Assembly (NCBI GenBank): GCA_051294375.1 | Contig: CM119265.1 | Coordinates: 27,734,511 to 27,798,510, forward strand | DNA length: 64,000 bases | Origin: Paraspadella gotoi | Taxonomy: Eukaryota > Animalia > Chaetognatha | Reading direction: 5' to 3' | Part shown: piece after piece, positions 56,051-64,000 of the stretch | Numbering within the stretch: position 1 is the stretch's first letter | How the letters are laid out: each line of letters opens with the position of its first letter | Translations under genes and position numbers: made by a program | The notes under the pieces: generated by a model | The model's input: the letters and a program-made list of their open reading frames with translations, nothing else | Databases searched by the model: none | What the model was told of the DNA's origin: nothing

Positions 56051-57258
56051 CATATAGAGCTAAACCCTGTTTGAGAGTGTGATTCGACTACCTCCAACTG
56101 GTCGATGATATCATGACTGATGAATTCACCCTCCTCATTTGGTACTAAATACACTCCTCCACTTTTGAAGGCATCTTTCGAGGTATAGTCAGAGCAGTTA
56201 TTCGACCACTTTTCGACTCGCAAACGGTCGAAAAGTCGCAGCGACTGATTTAGGTGGTCGAAAGGTCGAATTCGACTCATTATCAGTCGAATGCACGGAA
56301 GAGCATGAATTCATTAAACGCTCTAATTTCGAGATCAATTATTCATTGTAGTGAATTCAATGTTTATAAATAGGGGTAGCCGCACTCAATGGGGTGAGTC
56401 TAAAATTTAGAGTGAGTACATGCTCAAACGAATATTTAGAAAATATTTTTAAGAATACTTTCAATGGACATTATTTTTTTAATATTTATTTATAGATAGG
56501 AAAGGCCAGAAATTTTTTTAGAGTTTTTAAATTTTAAGACCAGATTCAGATAGCTCATAAAAAGTTGTCTACACAAAGTATAATTCTTTTTTAAATATTT
56601 TTACGATAAGTGTGTCAAAAATAAATAACAGAAAGTGAATTCAATGTTTATGAATTAAATAAAACAAATTGTCTTTCCGTTTTCTTCTTTTTTGCATCTC
56701 TATAATCTCGTCATCTAATTTCCAAATGCCATTGTTTTTTAAAAGAACTGATATGTACTGATTTACTTCATCCATGCTTTTAAAATACTTTATATAAAAA
56801 CTGGCAAATGAAACGTGAATAATCTTTCTCCTCCTCCTCCTACTCCTACTCCTCCTCTTTATGAATTCATCAGGGACGAGGGGACGGGGGGATGAGGAGG
56901 AGGAGACGACGAGGGGATGAGGAGGAGGGGATGACGAGAGGATGAGGAGGAGGGGACGACGAGGGGATGAAGAGGAGGGGATGACGAGGGGATGAGGAGG
57001 AGGGGATGACGTAGAGGGGCAAGAGCAGTGGAGGTAAACGCCCCTCTATCTTGAATATTAAAAAAATCGTCGAAATGAATATCAACTTAAATAAGGCTAA
57101 TTTTTATGATGATGATATTTAGTGTAGTAGAAACTAAATAATATTTTGTCAGACTTCTCTAAGCTATTATCAACGGTTAAGCTGCAACTGATGATGTCAC
57201 ATGGACGTCGAAACATATTTGGCCAAAATGTTTTGGGCATTTAACCGTCGCCAGCGTC

Positions 57259-57311
57259 AGTAAAGCCATCAGCTCATGACCCACAGGTACCCGGTTCAAT
57301 CTCAACCCAGT
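57259..57311 (+). mobile_element. Fragment of same tRNA-derived SINE head
   Basis: AGTAAAGCCATCAGCTCATGACCCACAGGTACCCGGTTCAATCTCAACCCAGT closely matches the reverse complement of 8200-8253. Confidence 0.7.
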
Positions 57312-57908
57312 GTAAAAAAAATATTTTATTGACTAATTTTCTGGTTCACAAAGGAAAGTTAAGGTTGTTGAACCATGTATTGTTACAAAATGCTAGTAGT
57401 ATGACAACAAAGTCTCAAAACTTTCAACTGGTAGGCAGTTAATTGTCCCATTTTGACAGCACAAGTTTTATTATTGTTTTTATTATATAAATTAACTGAT
57501 GATAAATACCGAACACAAAAGTGATTATAATATAAAAAAAAACATTTATTTGAGGTAAGGACACATTTTTATTTACTTTTTTTCTATTGCAAAGTCTCAT
57601 CTGCTTAACGCCACATGATAATTAATGAGAAAACAAAATTGACCAAAAATATGATGACCACTTGATTGGAAAAAGTAATGACTGGCCTGAAAAATCAAAT
57701 GACCACTAGATTGGAAAATGTAATGACTCAAGTCAGAACTGACCACTTGATAAAAAAAAATATCATGCAGCAGTAACTGGCCAATTTTCAGACCTTTATT
57801 ATTACATGTCATTTTCAGGATAAGTTTTTTGACAGCTGAGCTTTGTATTAAACTGAGTTTGAGTAACTACATTTTTCTCTTTTCTGTCTGCATCACATTT
57901 TCCTCACA

Positions 57909-58023
57909 ATGGAGTTGGGATTCGTGAGCCTCACGATTTCAACGTTCCTCAACCTTTTAGACGTTGCAACAGACATTAAAACTACAAGATTCCTTCTCAA
58001 TTTGGAGAGCTGCAAGTATCTAG
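57909..58023 (+). CDS. XK-related (Xkr/CED-8 family) protein, coding exon 1
   Basis: ATG at 57909 gives MELGFVSLTISTFLNLLDVATDIKTTRFLLNLESCKYL plus 1 nt, then GTAATA donor (phase 1). Hydrophobic helix ending in DVATDI matches the XK-family TM1 DxxxD motif. Confidence 0.85.
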
Positions 58024-58195
58024 GTAATAACAAACGTTTGTAGGGAGTAATGAATAGAAAATTATTTAAACTGTTAAGTTTTATTTTGGTGAATATTCTC
58101 ATTTTTAGGATTGTAATTATCATCTTATATATTATTACCACTATCCCTGAAGCAGGTGGTATAAACAGTGACATTTAAAGTTTGTTTAATTTCAG

Positions 58196-58386
58196 GTTTT
58201 GCTTTGATCATTGTCTTTTTTATTCATTCGGTTGTTTCGAGTTTTGCTGGACTTCGATTTCTTTATTCCTTTCGAGTTAACTATCCCAGACTAGTGAACA
58301 ACCACTGGCGATTGGCTGGAGTTGTGTTTCTTCATTTATTGGGACTGGGCAGCATTCCTTTTTCAGTGGATCTTTACATGGATCAG
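58196..58386 (+). CDS. XK-related protein, coding exon 2
   Basis: TTTCAG acceptor; phase-compatible with exon 1 (G+GT = Gly); reads GFALIIVFFIHSVVSSFAGLRFLYSFRVNYPRLVNNHWRLAGVVFLHLLGLGSIPFSVDLYMDQ; CAG|GTAAAA donor (phase 0). LHLLGLG matches the XK-family LHLLQLG motif. Confidence 0.88.
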
Positions 58387-58589
58387 GTAAAAAGCTTAAT
58401 GGAGTGGTGAGCCTGATTATCATCAGTAAGAAAAGTAATAAAACTCCTCGCCCATTTTTAGTCGGATCTGCTTATCAGCGGATAAAATAAAAAATAAAAA
58501 AAATTATAAAAACTCACTCAATCTATCCTTGCCTTCAACTGTCCTCACCTCTGACCACTATTTTGTCTCACCACTTTGTTGGAAAACTG

Positions 58590-58648
<59 letters not shown>

Positions 58649-58939
58649 CTCTCACACACACACACATTTACTATTGCACAAATTTTTACTATTCTGTCAA
58701 AATCTAAAAAACGTGAGTCGAAACATGTCTGTTTTCTACCAATAAAATCGTTGTTGTACAAATTCAAACTTTGTTTTCGCTAAGTAATAATATCCTTATA
58801 AAATCATAAAATTTCTAAATCAGATTTTTTAAATTTTACAGTTTCGGATTGGCCGGAAAAAACTGAAACTTTGTGTAAAACATGTTACATGATATTTTTA
58901 TGTTAAAGCTGCGAAAAATGATAAAACGTTTCATCATAT

Positions 58940-59149
58940 ATAATATATATATATATACTGAAGAAGAAGACGATATATCGCCAACGTAATGTTTTATTGA
59001 GGAAAAATCCCTGGCCGGAATAGTATTAGAAAAGAAGGAAGTTAGTAGAGCTCGAGACTTGCGGAGACTGGACTGAAAAGGACGGATCCTCGGGAGAGGT
59101 GGATGGGAAGAGGAGGATGAGGATCGGAGATATATATATATTATATATA
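58940..59149. mobile_element. Small insertion in Xkr intron 2 with TA-rich inverted ends and 11-bp flanking direct repeat
   Basis: TTTCATCATAT at 58929-58939 and 59150-59160; ends TATAATATATATATA / TATATATATATTATA; GC-richer core. Confidence 0.5.
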
Positions 59150-59762
59150 TTTCATCATATTATATTAGGGTGAAGTGAAAGTTTTGAATCAAAATTTAGC
59201 AGTTATATCTTGAAAACTATCATATTAGTGAATACTAATCTATAATTATTTTTCTTTTTTACATAAAAAAAAAAACTCATTCATAGAGATTTATCAAAAT
59301 TAGTAATTTTACTGTGATAAACGTGTATGACGATTGCTACTTATTCTCTCGCTTGCGGAGACGGTATCCAAACGTTTCCCGTTTAAAGAAACCTTTAAAA
59401 TACAAAGATTTTAAAGTCACGTGACCGATATTGACCAATCACAGATCGCGATTGGCTATTTTTTTATAAATTGAAAAAAATGCGTGTGATCCCGAATATT
59501 TAATAATCAATTGCTGTTGTGAAATGAAATAAAAGTACAAAGGGCAAAGAAAAAATCGGGAGGTAAAAGATTTAAAAAATTATACGTCAGAGATCCGCCT
59601 TAATGCTTACTCTTATATTAACTTACTTTTCCTAGACACTACATATTCATTAGTATTAGATATTATTTTACATGATATTAAAAATATACTGGTTCTTGGC
59701 TCTGGTTTGTTTAATAAAAATAATTTATTAATTAATAATAAAAAATCATTTTTATATTTCAG

Positions 59763-59864
59763 GCGTTTTACTTGAATCAAGATTCAAATATTTTGAGCGG
59801 AAAAGAGAATATCGTGAATAAACTCAACTTAATTCATGTTCTTTTTGAATCGTTTCCACAACTG
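59763..59864 (+). CDS. XK-related protein, coding exon 3 (later exons not found in window)
   Basis: TTTCAG acceptor, 34 codons AFYLNQDSNILSGKENIVNKLNLIHVLFESFPQL, CTG|GTAAAT donor. FESFPQL matches the XK-family signature FLESAPQL. Confidence 0.88.
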
Positions 59865-60074
59865 GTAAATTCACTCCAGAAACTTAAAATTTCAATAAGT
59901 TATTATTAGTAAAGATTGGAGCTATATGGTTCCGAGTACAATCAGTCTTTTTAGATAACGAAATCTGAACTTCAATAATTACCATCTTTCTTGATCTCAT
60001 TGGTTAGTATGAAGCTTTTGAAGAGACAGCAATTATTGTTATGTGTTAGTGATAGAACCGTTCAATATAAGCAG

Positions 60075-60217
60075 TCCCTGAGCTTCGGATCAGGCTGTAA
60101 CACCGTGTTACAGGCGGGTTAAGCGCCCCGTCCCTCTTAACTGCTAGGCGGCCACCGGGCTAGAACCCCGGACCTTTAGGTTGGGAGGCGAATGACTTGC
60201 CTCCGGCACCAATGACC
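60075..60217 (-). mobile_element. Second tRNA-derived SINE-like element (tRNA-Gly-like head), downstream of Xkr exon 3
   Basis: Minus strand ...TTCGCCTCCCAACCTAAAGGTCCGGGGTTCTAGCCCGG... resembles tRNA-Gly(CCC) anticodon/T arm with B-box-like GGTTCTAGCCC; GC-rich island in AT-rich context. Confidence 0.5.
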
Positions 60218-60862
60218 GCTGATGAACGGTTGGTGGATTTTAGTCCACCATACTTTCTTTATTTAAAAAAACGGTAGGCTATAGTTATCTTCATGACATA
60301 GTACTTTCCAGGTAAATTTCTAAGAGTTAAAAATACGGTAAGACATGATTTCTTCAATGATTGTCAATCAAATCTTAATTTTAGAAATAAGTATGATTGA
60401 ATTTTTATGGTAAAGATAACTTTTAAAGATCGAATTCCTCATAATAATCTTCACGTCTTTTACTTCCACAAAACTAATAAGGCAGGACGCCACATTATCT
60501 CATACAATTTTTTTCCCTCATACCCTTTCCCTGATTCTTTTTCTTCATCTGTTTTCTTCTCTTTATTTGTATTTTTCTTTCCCTCTTTCCTCCCCTACTT
60601 CTCATGCCATCAATTACCATTTTTTTGGCCCTACCCTTTTTTGCCACTCTTCCACTTTCCTCACCTTTTTTTCTCTTCTTTATTCTTTCCCTTTCTTTTC
60701 CCCTCTTATTTTTTCCAGTTTTCCTTCTTTTCCTTCCTACCTTTTATTTGTCTCACTATTTTTTTCGCCATTTGCCTTCTTTTTTTGCCATTTGTCCCCC
60801 TCTTTCGTTCTCTCCCAACCTCCTTTTCTTGTTCTCCCTTTCCTCTTCCCTCTCATTACTAA

Positions 60863-61481
60863 GGCGTAGTAAAATTTCTAAATTTAACTTTAATTAAAAG
60901 TGAGGAACGAACAAGATCATACTAATGAACATTTATGTAATAAAAAAAATTTTAATAAATTTTACAATTTACGCAGTTGACCATATTTATACTAGTACTA
61001 AACCAATAAATGTTAAAATTTCAAAACATTTTTTTCTAAGATTTTTTTGCAGATTTGGCTTCGTCATAAAAAGTTGATGAAAAGAAATATAACTTTTTGA
61101 AAAATTTCTTCATTAAGTGGGTCAAAAATTAGAAAAAGCTATATTTTAAGCTAAAAATTATTTTTTTATATATTAAATATAGTTTTTTAAATTTTTAACC
61201 CACTTAATGAAAGAATTTTTAAAAGTGATTTATATTTTCTATTAACAACTTTTGACGAGGAATTAAAATCTGTAATCAAAATTAAGAAAAGCCTATTTTT
61301 AAATTTTTTGATTTTATAAGGATAGTACTATATATAAATATGTGGCCACCTGTGCCACAAATATAGCCTACTGCGAAAATTAAAAAACATAAAATTAATT
61401 TTTTTTACAAATTAATGTTCACTGATGGTATGTTGTTCATAATTGACTTTTAGAATTTTCGTAGGTAACTTTCACTACGCC
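60863..61481. mobile_element. Foldback MITE, Kolobok-like non-autonomous DNA transposon
   Basis: Ends (TAA)GGCGTAGTAAAA ... TTTCACTACGCC(TTA); inverted symmetry continues internally (e.g. TTCATTAAGTGGGT / ACCCACTTAATGAA); flanks CTAA and TTAC resemble a decayed TTAA target. Confidence 0.75.
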
Positions 61482-63621
61482 TTACTCACTACATTTACAT
61501 TGAGCCAAATAAAAAAATATTTTCGCATGCATTATAAGAAAAAAAATTAACGGTAATGGAGGATTTTATTTCAATTTTGGTTGCCTCGCAGATTCAATAA
61601 ATCGACAAATTTTGCGGAAAGTTTTTCCACAAAATCTGTCGATTTTGAGAAAAAACAAGTACTGACCCTTTCCATTGTATTAAAATTATGCAGTTTTTTT
61701 GTTTTAATAACGTCAGTATGTGCCTAATCTTTTAAAACTAATAAATGAGTTAAAAAATATTCTCTTTATTAAAAATAAATGCAAGTCACAAAAAGTCACA
61801 AATTAAAAGTTGTCTTTAAAAATTATTTGTGGCTAAACAAAAAAAGTTTTTTGAATAATTTTGTAGGTGTTAAAAGCTTATTCAATAGGCTATATTTTCT
61901 GTTAATTTCAACCAATTTGATTTATTTTTGTTTAACAAATTATGATAAAGACTGAAACTGCAACTTTTTGACTTGTTAACTTTAAAATTAATTCATAGGC
62001 AAACTATAATTGATTTAAGCAAATAAATTTACCCAGGGGTAAAGAAGATAAGGAAGAACGGATTTCCAAAGTAAAAAATTATTCTCAACTTTCCTTGGCA
62101 TTCAAATCAGAAGTCGTAAGTAAAAATGAACAAAAATGGACATAATTTTTTTTCCTAAAAGTTGCCAAAATGGTACTGTTTTATCATTAGAAACGGCTGG
62201 AGATGTTTCTAACCAATCCTTCGTTCGGCCTAATTTGTGTTGTGGTACAAAGTTAATCAATATTGTAAGTAACAACTGAACAATAGTGGAAAGAGTCGTT
62301 TTTTTCCTAAATGCGACGTTTGTATTCGGAACCATATACAGTTACGCGGGCCAAAATTGAACACTTTTTATAACTTCTAGTTCTCTCAAAAAAATTCTTT
62401 TTTCCTTCTATTACTAAATATATTTTCAATGCAACTTTTTGAATTAGTTCATTGGGTTGTTGCACTGAAGCTTTTAAATATTTATTAATATATAACAAAT
62501 GACAATTTTTTTTTAAAAAAAATTGATTTTTTAAGAACGGATTCCTATAAAGCTTGAAAAGTTAAATGAAAGTTGGTACTACAATTTTTTAAAATTTGGA
62601 CAATAAATTGGTTAAAAAAAAAAACCCTTAAAAAATTATCATCATCATCATCATCATTGGCTGAATTTTATATTTTTTTACAAATTTTTATCAATAAAAC
62701 AAAACAAGTTTAAAAAGTTGTATTAATAACCTTATTCTTTTAAAGCTTTTAAAAAAATAAATTTTTTTAAAAAAAAATTTAAACTTTATATAGTAATAAA
62801 ATAATCTTTAAATGCTTCCGTGCGCTTATTAATAAGATAAATTTAAAAAAAATATTTTTATTTTCATATTCTCTAACAGTCACTTAACCATTATTTATTT
62901 GAGAGAACTTCTAGTTTTCAACCTTCAATCTGGATCGATACAAAAAAACTTTTAATATTGTTGTAACGTGACCTGTTGCCCTCAATAGATGTCAAGTAGA
63001 GAGCTTGATTATGCAAAATCTGTCTATTCTGTTTTCAAAGTTACCTGAAATAATTGTAGATTGAGAGAAAAGTTTAATAAATGATTACAATGAAGTTAAA
63101 ATTGCGTCTTAGTCCCTTGAGATCTAAAAAATGGAATGCACTAAAATCTGAGCCTCCTTCCCGTCTCTCTTCCTTTGTTTATTCTACTTAAATGTTTACA
63201 AAAAAAAATCTTAAAAGTATAGTGATCTCGCCAGTTTTTACTATCAAAGAAAATTACCATAATCTAATTTGCATATTGCAGTAAATCATAATTAAATGGA
63301 AATTCAAACAAAAAAAATTTGAATCGATATGAAACAAAGAAAATGGACACACATTTCAACTTCCTCACTGCCTCACTAATGAAACTCGATAACTAGATAG
63401 TTAAAAGTCGAAAAAATGGTGCAAGTTAAAAAAATTATGTAAGTTAAAAAAATTATGCAAGTATAAAAAATTATGCAAGCTGACGATTTTTTTTAGTGGT
63501 GGGCTGTAGTGTGCCACCTTGTAGTTAATAAAAAAATAATTACTATAGTAAATAAGTTAGGTTTTATATGAAATTTTTTTTCTAATAAAAAATCACCAAA
63601 CTGACGTTTTATCACAACAAA

Positions 63622-63962
63622 TTTTTAGTCGGATCTGCTTATCAGCAGATCCCGAAATTAGCTGAAGTCTTCAATCTGGAGTGATTATCAAAAAGAACTT
63701 GACATAAACATTGTAATCGTTTTCCAAGTGTCTATTATACTTATAATATTTGTAAAGTTAGGAAAAACTATTTAATGTTTATGCTTGGAACCTAAAAAAA
63801 TGTCAAATTCCGAAATAGTATTAATTATGTGGCTCTCAACCGAAGGCGGAATCACTCAGTATTATTTTCTTCAAAGTTTAACAGTCATTTTTAATCACTG
63901 TGGATTGTGAAGGTCATCGAATATAAAAATAACAGCTTGAGCAATCAATGTCGGATCTGCCT
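63622..63962 (+). mobile_element. HINE-like family B element
   Basis: T-run, 5' hairpin TCGGATCTGC-TTATCA-GCAGATCCCGA, and GTCGGATCTGC recurring at 63950-63960; truncated 5' end copy at 58455-58483. Confidence 0.55.
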
Positions 63963-64000
63963 ACGATATACTCTAATTAATTAATTGATTTAAGATTAAT

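Noticed and set aside
60215-60260. Hammerhead ribozyme core (CTGATGA)
   Set aside because: No GAAA after a stem II and no stem I/III arrangement with a cleavage triplet.

Overview
AT-rich, microsatellite-saturated eukaryotic (probably invertebrate animal) draft scaffold with many N gaps; almost every entry in the ORF track is a microsatellite or gap artefact. Best-supported content: (1) three spliced + strand exons (57909-59864) encoding the N-terminal half of an XK-related (Xkr/CED-8 family) membrane protein; (2) a 67-nt complement of mature tRNA-Lys(CTT) positions 10-76 including the CCA end (52614-52680), lying like an over-long primer-binding site behind an LTR-like segment; (3) tRNA-derived SINE heads, Helentron-associated (HINE/DINE-like) elements, two MITE/foldback families and many minisatellites; (4) a ~6 kb segment present three times and a ~1 kb inverted duplication, each joined at 25-N spacers and differing by long-read-type indels, most likely gap-filling artefacts; (5) several unassigned candidate exons of one or more minus-strand genes. 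I see no convincing novel multi-gene system; the tRNA-Lys/LTR-like junction is the most unusual signal.
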